Counted from the stretch's first letter, positions 20,393-30,306 are shown. The stretch is 64,000 nt of DNA from Thermoanaerobaculia bacterium (GCA_963719225.1 CAVRAY010000001.1:3488001-3552000); one strand, 5' to 3'. Made by a program: numbers and translations. The notes: generated by a model not told the origin, from the sequence alone.

Positions 20393-21562
20393 CTACTGGA
20401 AGAAGCCGTTCACGTCCAGGATCACGTCCACCATTCCCGGCGCGGTGTTCTGGATCCGGATCGTGCCCGAGCCGTCCGTCGCGAGGCGGATCAGCGCATT
20501 GTTGGCGCGCGTCTGGAAGGCGCCGAAGCTGACCGTCGAGGCATTCGTGGGCATGCCGTCCCCCGGGTACGCCAGGAGCGTGCCCGCCGCGAAAGCGTTC
20601 GTCGCCGTCATGTTCACGGAGATCGAGGTGGCGTCCGCCGGGATGCCGCAGGTGCCGGCGACCGTGAACGTACGATCCAGGACGCCTGCCGGCGCGAGTG
20701 AGGGACCGCCGAGGGGCCCGACCGGCCCGCGCGTATCGATGAGGCGGCAGCCCGCCACCGTGTAGAAGAGCACGGCGCTTCCCGAAGGCGCGACCGTCAC
20801 GAGCGCGCTCCCGTGAGACGAGTAGCAGGCCGGCGGATTGGAGACGGTGACCCCGAGGTCGAGGACGCCCGGAGCCCCCGCGGTGAAGGTGATCTGTGAG
20901 GTGCCCTGGCCGGCGGTGATCGTCCCGTTCGCGATCGTCCACGTGATGACGGAGCCGAAGCCGAACAGCAGGCTCGCCGTACGGTTCGGCGAGAAGGCCC
21001 CTACGATCTCCGGCGCGACGATCAGGATCGGCGGGGGCGGCGGCGGGGGCAGGAAGAGGATGTTCACGCTCGCGCTCGCCGTGTTGTTGCTCGCGTCGGG
21101 GTCCATGGGAGAGGCTGCCGCGACGCTCGCCGTGTTCACGATCGTCCCGGGCGACGTCGAGCATTTGACGTCTGCATCGAGCGCGATGGTCGCCGTTGCG
21201 CCCGAAGCGAGGCTCGGGAACGAGATCGTGCGCGCGTTGCCCGCGCCGCCACAGACGCCTCCCCCCGAGGCCGAGCACGAGCTGAAGGCGACCTCGGGAG
21301 GGAGGTTGTCGGTCACGACGACGCTCGCCGCGTCGTCCGGGCCGAGGTTCGTGACCGTCAGCGAGAAGGAAATCGTGGAGCCGATGAACGCGTTCGCCGG
21401 CGCCGTCATGGTCAAGGCGAGGTCGGCCGAGGGAAGCGTCGGAGGGGAGGCGGCAATGGCCGCGGGTTCGCCGAGCCACCCGAAAAGGTCAGCGAAGAGG
21501 ATGGCCGATAGGACGAAGAGGAACCTGTGCGCCCCCGCCCGGAGTTCCGGAGAAGTCGGCAT
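20393..21562 (-). CDS. Secreted DUF11-domain protein with conserved C-terminal CRxxDTR...DVNGFF domain
   Basis: ADLALT..VTNLGPDDAASVVVTDNLP..DPDASNNTAS; poly-Pro linker; shared C-terminal domain. Confidence 0.85.
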   Translation of the reverse strand: MPTSPELRAGAHRFLFVLSAILFADLFGWLGEPAAIAASPPTLPSADLALTMTAPANAFIGSTISFSLTVTNLGPDDAASVVVTDNLPPEVAFSSCSASGGGVCGGAGNARTISFPSLASGATATIALDADVKCSTSPGTIVNTASVAAASPMDPDASNNTASASVNILFLPPPPPPPILIVAPEIVGAFSPNRTASLLFGFGSVITWTIANGTITAGQGTSQITFTAGAPGVLDLGVTVSNPPACYSSHGSALVTVAPSGSAVLFYTVAGCRLIDTRGPVGPLGGPSLAPAGVLDRTFTVAGTCGIPADATSISVNMTATNAFAAGTLLAYPGDGMPTNASTVSFGAFQTRANNALIRLATDGSGTIRIQNTAPGMVDVILDVNGFFQ

Positions 21563-21615
21563 GGGACCTCCGGAATGTAATGTCCGGTTTTTCGCCGACC
21601 TAACAGACTGTCGGG

Positions 21616-23532
21616 TCAGTCTCCCCGCTTCAAGTACCGGAAGTCTTTTATGTCGTACTCCTTCATCTTCGCGATGAGGCTGCCCCGCGAGATGTTCAGG
21701 AGGCGCGCGCCGAGAGACTGGTTTCCACGCACCTTGCGCATGACGCGCTCGATGACCTGCCGCTCCACTTTTTCGACGATCTCCTTGAGATCGTCGCTCT
21801 CCTTGAGCGCGAGCTCGACGTGCTCGCCCGAGAACTTCTGGTCGAGATCGGCGAGCGTGATGGCGCCGGCCCCGACCTGCGCGGCGAGGCGGCGCACCTC
21901 GTTCTCGAGCTCGCGCACGTTGCCGGGGTACTGGTAGTTGAGGAGCGCGTTCATGGCCTCGACGTCGAAGCGCTCCGCCGCCGGGCCGGCGTGACGCGCC
22001 GCGAGCGCATCGAGAAGGGCCGGAATGTCTTCCTTTCGATCCTTGAGCGGCGGCAGCCGAAGCGTGAGCGCCGAAAGTCGGAAGTAGAGGTCGTCGCGGA
22101 AGGCGCCGTCCTCGACGGCGCGCGTGAGAGGCCGCGAGGTCGTCCCGATGACGCGCACGTCGACGGGCACCGTCCGCCCGCCCGGCGCCGTGACCTCGCG
22201 GGCCTCGAGCAGGCGGAAGAGCAGCGCCTGCGTCGGAGAGGGAAGGTCGCCCACCTCTTCGACGAGGAGAGTCCCTCCGTCGGCCTCGAAGAGCCGGCCC
22301 ACTCTCCTTCGGCGGTCACCCGCGGCCGGTGCACCGAGGAGGTCCTCCTCGAGAGCCTGGGGGCTCGCGGCCGTCGCCGAGACCCGCACGAGCGGACGGG
22401 AGCGCCGGGGCGAGAGCGCGTGGAGCGTCTCGGCCACGAGCGTCTTTCCGCTGCCGACGTCCCCGACGAGGAGAATCGGCGCGCGCGCCGCCGCGACCCG
22501 TGTCAAGGAAGCCTTGAGATTCGAGAGAGCCAGGGATCCTCCGACGAGCAGCCCGAGCGGATCCTCGAGCTGGACGGCGAGAGGAGAGGGCGTCGGCGAG
22601 GCGCCGCGCTCGCCGAAGGCCGCCTCGCTGCGCTCGCCGTGCACGAACCCGACGGCGGCCGCAGCGTGCGCGACGAAGTCGAGGAGCGCCGGATCGGAGA
22701 CCGTCTCGGCGGGAACGAGGAGGAGCCCGACGCTCTCCCCCGTGGGCCGCGGGACGGGGAAAACGCGCAGGCGGGCGCCGGCCTCGGAGACCTCCCAGGG
22801 CGCGGTTTTCTCGCGTGCCTCGGCGAGGCTTCGGGCCGAGAGACGGGGAAGAGTCCCCTTCCAGAGCGCCGCGATCGCCTCGCCCTCGTTCGGAGGGAGC
22901 AGGGACACGAACGCGAGGCTGTGCACGGGCGTCACCGACGCGACGTAAGCCGTGACCTCCTGAAGCAGCTCTTCGAACGGAACCGGCCGGTGAAGACGCT
23001 TGAAGAGTCCCGGCCAGGGATCCCTCGTGGGCCCTTCGTCCTCCCGGCGTACCGGCTCGATCGGAGCCGGGGCGAGACGCCCGGCGCCGACCGGGGCCGG
23101 CCGCGTCGCGACCGCGGCCGGAGCGTTTGCCGGAGAGAGAGCGGGAGCCGGGGCGAGAGGCGAGAGCGCGGCCGTCGCGAGCGAAAGCGCGTCGCGTCCG
23201 CGAGGCGGAGGTGCCGCGATCCGGTTCGGATTCGGAGCCGGGCCGTTCAGGAGCGTGATCGTGGCCTCCCCGATCGAGATCCGGTCCCCCGCGGCCAGGG
23301 CCGCGGTCTTGACGATCGAGCCGTTCAAGGTCACGTCGGAGCCGGGGGCGCTCCCGAGCACCTCGAGGCGCAGCTCCTCTCCGGCCACGGAAATTCGGGC
23401 GTGCCGGCCGAGTACGCCGCGGGCGCGCACAACGAGATCATTGCCCGTCGAAGCGCCAATGTGAATGACATCCCGATGGACCTTGCGAACTTCCGATTCG
23501 CCGCCCGTTTTGCGGACTTCAAAGCTCAACAT
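21616..23532 (-). CDS. FHA-like + sigma54-type AAA+ + Fis-HTH transcriptional regulator (degenerate)
   Basis: GDVGSGKT, ADGGTL, FRDDLYFRL, YPGNVRELEN, C-terminal HTH; no GAFTGA. Confidence 0.88.
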   Translation of the reverse strand: MLSFEVRKTGGESEVRKVHRDVIHIGASTGNDLVVRARGVLGRHARISVAGEELRLEVLGSAPGSDVTLNGSIVKTAALAAGDRISIGEATITLLNGPAPNPNRIAAPPPRGRDALSLATAALSPLAPAPALSPANAPAAVATRPAPVGAGRLAPAPIEPVRREDEGPTRDPWPGLFKRLHRPVPFEELLQEVTAYVASVTPVHSLAFVSLLPPNEGEAIAALWKGTLPRLSARSLAEAREKTAPWEVSEAGARLRVFPVPRPTGESVGLLLVPAETVSDPALLDFVAHAAAAVGFVHGERSEAAFGERGASPTPSPLAVQLEDPLGLLVGGSLALSNLKASLTRVAAARAPILLVGDVGSGKTLVAETLHALSPRRSRPLVRVSATAASPQALEEDLLGAPAAGDRRRRVGRLFEADGGTLLVEEVGDLPSPTQALLFRLLEAREVTAPGGRTVPVDVRVIGTTSRPLTRAVEDGAFRDDLYFRLSALTLRLPPLKDRKEDIPALLDALAARHAGPAAERFDVEAMNALLNYQYPGNVRELENEVRRLAAQVGAGAITLADLDQKFSGEHVELALKESDDLKEIVEKVERQVIERVMRKVRGNQSLGARLLNISRGSLIAKMKEYDIKDFRYLKRGD

Positions 23533-23688
23533 GGAACGGATCCTCCGCCACTGGGAGACAGTTTCCTGTACAGACACCAGCCTATCACGGCTTGGGGGCT
23601 GTCCGCGCCTCGTCAACACAAATTGAACGAACGAGAGGGTCGGCCCGCAAGGCGCTTAGAATTCCAGGCGGAGGGCTGAGCGCCGCAC

Positions 23689-24675
23689 ATGCCTGTTTCA
23701 CCGCTCGATGGCCCGCCCTTCCGCGGCCGCCACGTCGCCTCGCTGACCCGGATCGTCGACACCGTCCGCTCGGTCCTCGACCCGGACTCGGTCGAGCTGG
23801 AATACCTGTTCGAGCCCTCCGGCCAGCGCTTCCGCTGGCGGGCCCGGCGCAGCCGCGTCTTCACCGCCGGGACGGTCCGCGTGGCCACCCGGCACGCGGC
23901 GACGGCGGAGTCCCTCGCCATCGAGTTCCATCTGACCGGCCTCCTTCGCGGGACCTTCACGCTGCATCGGCGGCCCCGCAGGCCGTGGACGCAGCCCGAG
24001 GTGTTGCGCTTCGAGGTCTTCCGGCCGCTGCTCGCCCAGCTTCTCGAGAGCGCGGCGGCCGCCGACATCCACGCGGCGGCCCGTCGGCGGCTGGAGAGCG
24101 CGGCCGAAGCCGCGTCCACGCCGATCCTTCTCGTCGGGCCGTCCGGCTCGGTCCTCTACGCGAACCGCGCCGCGGCGGCCTTCCTTTCCGCGCGGATCCC
24201 GCTCGTCGTCATTCCGGGCGACGGCCGCGAGACCTCGCTCGCGACCTGGATCGCGCGGCTCGGGGCCGGCGCAGCCGCGGGCGAAAAGAGATGCGCCGTT
24301 CTCGCGGATGGACGCGCGCTCGAAGCTTCCGTCGCGCGCTTCGCCGACGAGGAGGAGGACGACGTCGCCGTCCTCACGCTGAAGGTCCAGTCGGCTTTTT
24401 CCCTCGAGGACGTGCGCGAGCGGCTCGCGACGCGGGGCGTTTCCGGCCGCGAAGCCGACGTCGTGGGCGCCGTCCTCGAAGGACTCCGCAATGCGGAGAT
24501 CGCGCGCCGGCTCTTCATCACGGAGTGGACCGTCAAGGATCACCTCAAACACGTCTTTTCGAAGCTCGGCGTTGGCTCGCGCTCGGGCCTCCTGAAGGCG
24601 CTCGACGCGGCTCCCCGATCCGACGCAAAACCCCAGCCGGTTGAGTCTCAGGGTCGGCGGCACCTCAAAATGTAG
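23689..24675 (+). CDS. LuxR-family regulator with PAS-like central domain
   Basis: VLYANRAA PAS-like motif; SGREADVV..GLRNAEIARRLFITEWTVKDHLKHVFSKLGV. Confidence 0.85.
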   Translation: MPVSPLDGPPFRGRHVASLTRIVDTVRSVLDPDSVELEYLFEPSGQRFRWRARRSRVFTAGTVRVATRHAATAESLAIEFHLTGLLRGTFTLHRRPRRPWTQPEVLRFEVFRPLLAQLLESAAAADIHAAARRRLESAAEAASTPILLVGPSGSVLYANRAAAAFLSARIPLVVIPGDGRETSLATWIARLGAGAAAGEKRCAVLADGRALEASVARFADEEEDDVAVLTLKVQSAFSLEDVRERLATRGVSGREADVVGAVLEGLRNAEIARRLFITEWTVKDHLKHVFSKLGVGSRSGLLKALDAAPRSDAKPQPVESQGRRHLKM

Positions 24676-24694
24676 TGGTAGGCTCTCTGCGCTG

Positions 24695-27600
24695 ATGTTC
24701 CGACTGAAGAGACTCGAGATCCAGGGTTTCAAATCCTTCGTGGACCGGACCTCCGTCACGCTTCCGTCGCGCATCACGGCGATCGTCGGCCCGAACGGCT
24801 CCGGCAAGTCCAACATCTGCGACGCCGTGCAGTGGGTGCTCGGCGAGCAGTCGGCCAAGAGCCTGCGCGGGACGACGATGGAGGACGTCATCTTCAACGG
24901 GGCCGCGCGCCGGCGGCCGCTCGGGATGGCGGAGGTCGCCCTCACGCTCGAGTCGCGCGGCGGCGACCAGTGGGCCGAGACGGGCGGCGAGGTCGTCATC
25001 ACGCGGCGCGTCACGCGCGACGGCGAGAGCGACTACATCCTCAACGGAAAGAGGTCGCGCCTCAAGGACGTCCAGGAGATCCTCCTCGGCACCGGCCTCG
25101 GCGTGCGCGCGTACTCGATCATCGAGCAGCAGAAGATCGACCTGATCCTCTCGACGAAGCCGCAGGATCGCCGCCGCCTCATCGAGGAGGCCGCCGGCGT
25201 CTCGAAATACAAGATCCGCAAGCGTCAGGCCGAGGTGAAGCTCGAGGAGACGCGCGGGAACGTCCTGCGTCTCACCGACATCGTGTCGGAGATCGACCGC
25301 ACGTGCGCTTCGCTGAAGCGGCAGGCCTCGCGCGCCGCGCGCTGGAGAGAGCAGGCCGAGCTCCTCTCGGGGCAGAAGAAGAAGCTCGCGCGTCTGCGCG
25401 CCGACCGCCTGGGGGCGGGCTTCGCGGGCGGTCGGGCGGCCCTCGAGAGCGCGACGGACGCCGAGGCCGCGGCGCTTGCGGACCTCGCCCGCCTCGAAGC
25501 GGAGGTCGTGGAAGCGCGCCGCCTCGCCGACGAGGACGAACGTTCCATGCGCGAGGCGGGAGACGCGCTCTCCCGCGCGAGAGAGACTCTCCTCGCCGCC
25601 GAGGCCGCCGTCCAGGCCGCCGCCCGCGAGGCCGAGGAGGCCGCCGCGCGAAAAGAGCTCCTGGAGGCGCAGCGCCGGGAGTCCGAATCCGATCACAGCC
25701 GCTTCGTCGAGGAGGCCGGCCGCACGGTGAAGGCCCGGGACGAGGCGGAGTCGGCTCTCTCGGAGGCCGCCGCAGCCGCCGCCGCGGCCGCCCAGGCGCT
25801 GGCCGAAGTCTCGGCCCGCGAGGCCGACGTCACGGCGCGACGCGAGACTTCGCGACGCGACCTCCTCTCCGCGGGGGCTCGGGCGGCCGAGGCGACGAAC
25901 CGGGAGCGCGACGCCGCCCTCCTCGTCGACCGCCTCGGTTTCGCGCTCGCGAAGCTCGAGGAGAGAAAGGTGCGGGCGGAATCGCTGGTGGACGAGCGGC
26001 GGACGGCCTCCGCCGAGGCCGGAGCGCTTCTGGCCTCGGCTTCTTCCGGTCTCGACGCGGCGCGCCAGAATCTCGAAAAAGCGAGCCACGGCCGCCGCGC
26101 CGCCGAGGACCGCCTCACGACCCTCAAGGCCGTCCGCGAGGCCCACGTCGCCGCCCTCCATGCGGTGGACGTGCGCGCCGCCGCCCTCGAGACCACCCTT
26201 GCCGCACGCGAAGGCGGAGGCGAGTCCGCGCGCCGCGCGCTCGAGGCGGCGAACGTCGCGCCGAAGGGCGTCCTCGCAGACCACTTCGACGCGGCGGCCG
26301 GTTTCGAAAAAGCCCTGGACGCCGCTCTCGGGGCCGCTCTCGAGGCGCCGGTCCTCGAGACGCGCTCCGCTCTCGACGCCGCGCTCGCCTCCGTGCGCGA
26401 GAAAAAGCTCGGCGCGGCGCGCTTCGTCCACCCTCTGCCCGAGACGCCGTTTCCGCTGAAGCCGAAGGACCCCCGAGTCCTCGCGATCGCGCGCGAGCTC
26501 CTCACCGCGAAGTCGGCGTCGGCGCCGGCTTCCGCCCTGCCCGACGCGGTCGTCGTCGCGAACGTGGACGACGCTCTCGCGCTCGCGGCGCTCCATCCCG
26601 AACGCACGCTCGTGACGAAGGACGGTGTCGTCGTGCGGGGCGCGGTGGTCGAGGCCGCCGGCACCGAAGTTCCCGGAGAGGGTCTCTTCACGGTCCGGCG
26701 CGATCTCGTGAATCTCGCCGCGGAACGGAAAGGCGTCGCGGCGAATTTGGCGGAGGCGGATGCCGAGATCGCCTCCCTGTCCGCACAGGTCGGAACTTTC
26801 GCGGCGACGCTCGACGCCGCGCTCGCCGCCAAAGGGGCCGCCGAGCGCGCGCATTCCGAAGCCGAGGCGAGGAGCGCGGCCGCTCGCACCGAGGAAGAGC
26901 GCGCCGTCGAGGAGCTGCGGGTCCTCGCGGAGGAGGGCGACGCTCTTCGCCAGGATCTCGCGAAGGCTGCCGAAAGCCGGACGGAGGCGGCGCGCCTCGC
27001 GGCCCAGCGGCAATCCGAGATGGCGACCGTGGAACGCACGCTCTCGGAGCTGGAGGCGGCGCTCGATGCCGCGCGCTCTCTGCGCCTCACGGCTGCGGAG
27101 GCCGACGCCGTCGCGCGCAACGGACGCGACATCCTCGTCGAGCGCTCCCGGTCCCTCGCCGCCGCCTCCACGTCGGCCGAGGAGCGCGCCCGCGACGCGG
27201 CGCGCCGTGTCGCGGACCTGGCGGACGCCCTCGTCGAGATCGAGGCTCGGCGCGCCGGGGCTCTCGCCTCCGGAGAGGCAGCGAAGGCGGCGCAGGGCGC
27301 GGCCGCGACCGCCGCCGCCGAGGCCGACCGGCTGCGCGCCGGAACGGACGAGGCGGCGACGACACGGCGCGAGGCGCGCGCCGACGCCGAGGCGCGGGCG
27401 GCCGGCCAGCGCGAGGCCCTCGACGCCGTGCGGCGGACGCGCTTCGAGGCCGAGATCGCCCTCGAGCGCCACAAGGCCGACCAGGACCACCTCGTCGAGA
27501 CGTGCCGGACCGAGTTCGGCTGCCTTCCCGGCGAGCTGCCGGCCTTCGAGATGACCGACGAGGAGGCCGCTCTCCCGTCCGAGGAGCTCGAAGCCGCGCT

Positions 27601-28234
27601 CTCCGAGGACGTCGTCTCCCGTTCCCTGGCCCTCGAGCGGCTCGGCCCCGTCAACCACGCGGCTCTCAAGGAGTACGAAGTCGAGAGCAAAAGGCTCCAG
27701 GAGCTCTCGGCGCAGAAGGCCGATCTCGACGCGTCGCTCGCGCAGATCCTCGAGACGATCCGGACGATCAACACGACCTCGTCCGAGCGCTTCCAGGAAG
27801 CGTTCGCGGCCATCAACTTCAGCTTCGGCCAGGTCTTCCAGCGCCTCTTCCACGGCGGCACCGCCTCGATGCATCTGCTCGACGAGGGGGACCCGCTGGA
27901 TTCCGGCCTCGAGATCATGGCGCAGCCGCCCGGCAAGCGGAACCAGACGATCGGGCTCCTCTCGGGCGGCGAGAAGGCGCTCACGGCCATCGCGCTCCTC
28001 GTCGCGATCTTCAAGTACAAGCCGTCGCCGTTCTGCATCCTCGACGAGGTCGACGCCCCGCTCGACGAGGCGAACATCGACCGCTTCACGTCGCTCCTCG
28101 TGGAGCTCTCCGAGGAGACGCAGTTCGTCCTCATCACGCACAACAAGAGGACGATGGAAACCGCGCAGGCGCTCTACGGCGTCACGCAGGAGGAGCCGGG
28201 GGTATCGAAGCTCGTCAGCGTGAGATTCGACTGA
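24695..28234 (+). CDS. smc: Chromosome segregation protein SMC
   Basis: GFKSF, GPNGSGKSN, long coiled coils with hinge, LSGGEK, LDEVDAPLD, ITHNK. Confidence 0.96.
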   Translation: MFRLKRLEIQGFKSFVDRTSVTLPSRITAIVGPNGSGKSNICDAVQWVLGEQSAKSLRGTTMEDVIFNGAARRRPLGMAEVALTLESRGGDQWAETGGEVVITRRVTRDGESDYILNGKRSRLKDVQEILLGTGLGVRAYSIIEQQKIDLILSTKPQDRRRLIEEAAGVSKYKIRKRQAEVKLEETRGNVLRLTDIVSEIDRTCASLKRQASRAARWREQAELLSGQKKKLARLRADRLGAGFAGGRAALESATDAEAAALADLARLEAEVVEARRLADEDERSMREAGDALSRARETLLAAEAAVQAAAREAEEAAARKELLEAQRRESESDHSRFVEEAGRTVKARDEAESALSEAAAAAAAAAQALAEVSAREADVTARRETSRRDLLSAGARAAEATNRERDAALLVDRLGFALAKLEERKVRAESLVDERRTASAEAGALLASASSGLDAARQNLEKASHGRRAAEDRLTTLKAVREAHVAALHAVDVRAAALETTLAAREGGGESARRALEAANVAPKGVLADHFDAAAGFEKALDAALGAALEAPVLETRSALDAALASVREKKLGAARFVHPLPETPFPLKPKDPRVLAIARELLTAKSASAPASALPDAVVVANVDDALALAALHPERTLVTKDGVVVRGAVVEAAGTEVPGEGLFTVRRDLVNLAAERKGVAANLAEADAEIASLSAQVGTFAATLDAALAAKGAAERAHSEAEARSAAARTEEERAVEELRVLAEEGDALRQDLAKAAESRTEAARLAAQRQSEMATVERTLSELEAALDAARSLRLTAAEADAVARNGRDILVERSRSLAAASTSAEERARDAARRVADLADALVEIEARRAGALASGEAAKAAQGAAATAAAEADRLRAGTDEAATTRREARADAEARAAGQREALDAVRRTRFEAEIALERHKADQDHLVETCRTEFGCLPGELPAFEMTDEEAALPSEELEAALSEDVVSRSLALERLGPVNHAALKEYEVESKRLQELSAQKADLDASLAQILETIRTINTTSSERFQEAFAAINFSFGQVFQRLFHGGTASMHLLDEGDPLDSGLEIMAQPPGKRNQTIGLLSGGEKALTAIALLVAIFKYKPSPFCILDEVDAPLDEANIDRFTSLLVELSEETQFVLITHNKRTMETAQALYGVTQEEPGVSKLVSVRFD

Positions 28235-28286
28235 CGCCGAGCGCCCACAAGGGTTCTCCTCGTTGTCGCGGTGGTAACGTGTCACC

Positions 28287-28481
28287 GTGAAGGTCGTCCC
28301 ACTCGCCCGCGTGCCGAAGGACCAGCGCTGGTTCTATCACCCTGAGATGCAGGCTCGGATTGCTCAGGCTGAACGGAATTTCGCCGAAGGACGTTCGACG
28401 ACAACGAAGACCCTTGAAGAAGCCCGCGCTTTTCTCGATCGCCTCAAGAAGCGACGGGCGGGCGGCAGCAACCTTCGCTGA
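28287..28481 (+). CDS. Small protein resembling the C-terminal half of an AbrB/MazE-type antitoxin
   Basis: VPKDQRWFYHPEMQARIAQAERNFAEGR resembles the 'P.DQ.WFW..EWQ.....A..D...GR' pattern I recall from such proteins; TAACGT 6 nt upstream of GTG. Confidence 0.55.
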   Translation: MKVVPLARVPKDQRWFYHPEMQARIAQAERNFAEGRSTTTKTLEEARAFLDRLKKRRAGGSNLR

Positions 28482-28498
28482 CGGCGACTCGGCTCGGG

Positions 28499-30250
28499 CT
28501 ACTCGAAGAACCCCACGACGTCCACGATCACGTGAACCCCGCCAGCGGGTGCGACCGTCTCGAACCGGACCGTGAACTCCGCGTCCGGGCCCAGCGCGAT
28601 CGTCGCGTTGTTCGCGCGCGTCTGCCCTGCGCGGAAATTGATGACCGTCGCGTCCGGCGCTCCGATGTCCGAGGCATGGATGCGCAGGAGTCCGTTCGAA
28701 GTCGCGTCCGAGACGGTCACGTTCGCGGCAATCGCGCGGGCGGTCGCCGGGATCCCGCAAACGTCCCCAACTGGAAAAAGGCGAGGCGCGTTGGCCACGA
28801 GGGCGGGCCCTCCGAGGAAGCTGGTTGACGCGCGCGTGTCAATGACGCGGCACGGATTGAGCAACGAAAGCGAGGCCGGACGAACAGGCGCGGCGAACGA
28901 GGAGCCGTTCATCGCCCAGAGCTCCGTCCCTGCCGACGGGTCCTTGCCCGCGAAAAGCGTAACGCCGCGATAAGGGAATCCCGGGCCGCTCGCGCCGATG
29001 TCCTGCTGGACGGGAACCGTACCCGATGCCGTCCCGTCGCTCGTCCAGAGGCTCGTCGAGAAGGGAGATGTGTCCTGTGCTATCGAGGCGAGAAGCCGGC
29101 CGTTCGCGACCGTGAGCGACGCGATCGTCGCGTCTTCGCCACCTGTCTTGAAATCATGGAGAAGGACCGTCCCAGGGACGCTGCCGTCGGTGATCCACAG
29201 TTGCTGGGTAGCGCCCACGATGCCGCTGGTCTGGATCGTGAAATAGACGCCCTCCCGCGTTCCCACGCCGGCAGCCAGCGCGGCGACCGAAAACGATTTG
29301 AGAAGAAACGTGCCCGCAACCGTGCCGTCGGTCCGCCACAGGTCCTTCGCATTCGCGAAAAAGAGCACTCCTCCCGCCGAGCCCAGGAACGTCCCTCCAT
29401 CCACGACACCGATGGGCACCGTACCCGCGGCTGTCCCGTCGCTTCGCCAGACATTGCACCCCTTCGAGGCGTCGTCGGCGAGGAACACGAAGATCCTTCC
29501 GAGGCGGCGGGGCGTCGTCCAGCAGGAAACCGGGCCGCTCGACGACAGCGTCTTCAAGGGACCCGTCCCCGAGGCGGTCCCGTCACTGAACCACAGCTCC
29601 GAGATGCCGGCCAGAGACCTCTCGAGGAACGCGACGCCGCTGTTGAAGGCGAGAAGCGGTCCCAATCCATATAAGTCGAAACCTCCAGCGGTGAGCGGAC
29701 GCGTTCCCAGCGCGCTGCCGTCCGTGCGCCACAGCAGGGTCACGCCGGACTGGGATCCGAAGAAGAACACCTGCTCCGCGCTTGCGACGAGGGACCCTCC
29801 GAACGAAATCGGGACGAGGTCAGGCGGCAACGACACTGGAGCCGTGCCGGCCTGCATCCCGTCGCTCGCGAAGAGCTTTGACGCCGCCGGGCACAGTCCG
29901 CAAGGGCCGGCGGGGCCCGGTAAGACCGTACCCTCGAGCCAGAACAGCTTCCGGCTCGTCGCCACCAATAAGGAGAGCGCGCCTTCGGTCGTCTGGAAGA
30001 CGCGCGTGGTTCCGGCCTGCGTTCCGTCGGTTCGCCACACATCGGCGGGGACGTTCATTGCGCCCCTCGGGAACGCGAAGAAGTACGCGCTCCCAAAGAG
30101 CTCCTGAAAGCCGCTCGGGTACGAGCCGGAGGGCCCGGCGCTGATATCCACGAGCCGAGTCGCCGGCTGCGCGGTCGCGCTCGCGGCCAGGAAGAGTGCG
30201 AGGCAGAGAGTCAGGACCGCAAGGTAGTCGCTGCTTACGTTTCGGAACAC
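28499..30250 (-). CDS. Secreted ELWxxDGT-repeat protein with conserved C-terminal PCRxxDTR...DVVGFF domain
   Basis: Signal peptide; ~9 (L/V)WxxDG(T/S) repeats; shared C-terminal domain. Confidence 0.88.
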   Translation of the reverse strand: MFRNVSSDYLAVLTLCLALFLAASATAQPATRLVDISAGPSGSYPSGFQELFGSAYFFAFPRGAMNVPADVWRTDGTQAGTTRVFQTTEGALSLLVATSRKLFWLEGTVLPGPAGPCGLCPAASKLFASDGMQAGTAPVSLPPDLVPISFGGSLVASAEQVFFFGSQSGVTLLWRTDGSALGTRPLTAGGFDLYGLGPLLAFNSGVAFLERSLAGISELWFSDGTASGTGPLKTLSSSGPVSCWTTPRRLGRIFVFLADDASKGCNVWRSDGTAAGTVPIGVVDGGTFLGSAGGVLFFANAKDLWRTDGTVAGTFLLKSFSVAALAAGVGTREGVYFTIQTSGIVGATQQLWITDGSVPGTVLLHDFKTGGEDATIASLTVANGRLLASIAQDTSPFSTSLWTSDGTASGTVPVQQDIGASGPGFPYRGVTLFAGKDPSAGTELWAMNGSSFAAPVRPASLSLLNPCRVIDTRASTSFLGGPALVANAPRLFPVGDVCGIPATARAIAANVTVSDATSNGLLRIHASDIGAPDATVINFRAGQTRANNATIALGPDAEFTVRFETVAPAGGVHVIVDVVGFFE

Positions 30251-30306
30251 TCGATCAGAAGTGCCGAGCCGGGGAGCGGTCTCACGCGGCCGCGGGGGCG
30301 CTCTTT

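Noticed and set aside
24695-28234. SMC as Wadjet/MksB defence ATPase
   Set aside because: Canonical housekeeping SMC motifs and length; no jetABD/mks neighbours.
24665-28290. Very long overlapping ORFs (e.g. 24665..28285 -, 24832..28290 +, 41919..44666 -, 48151..50316 +)
   Set aside because: Shadow frames of real genes in high-GC DNA; Arg/Gly/Pro-rich with no motifs.
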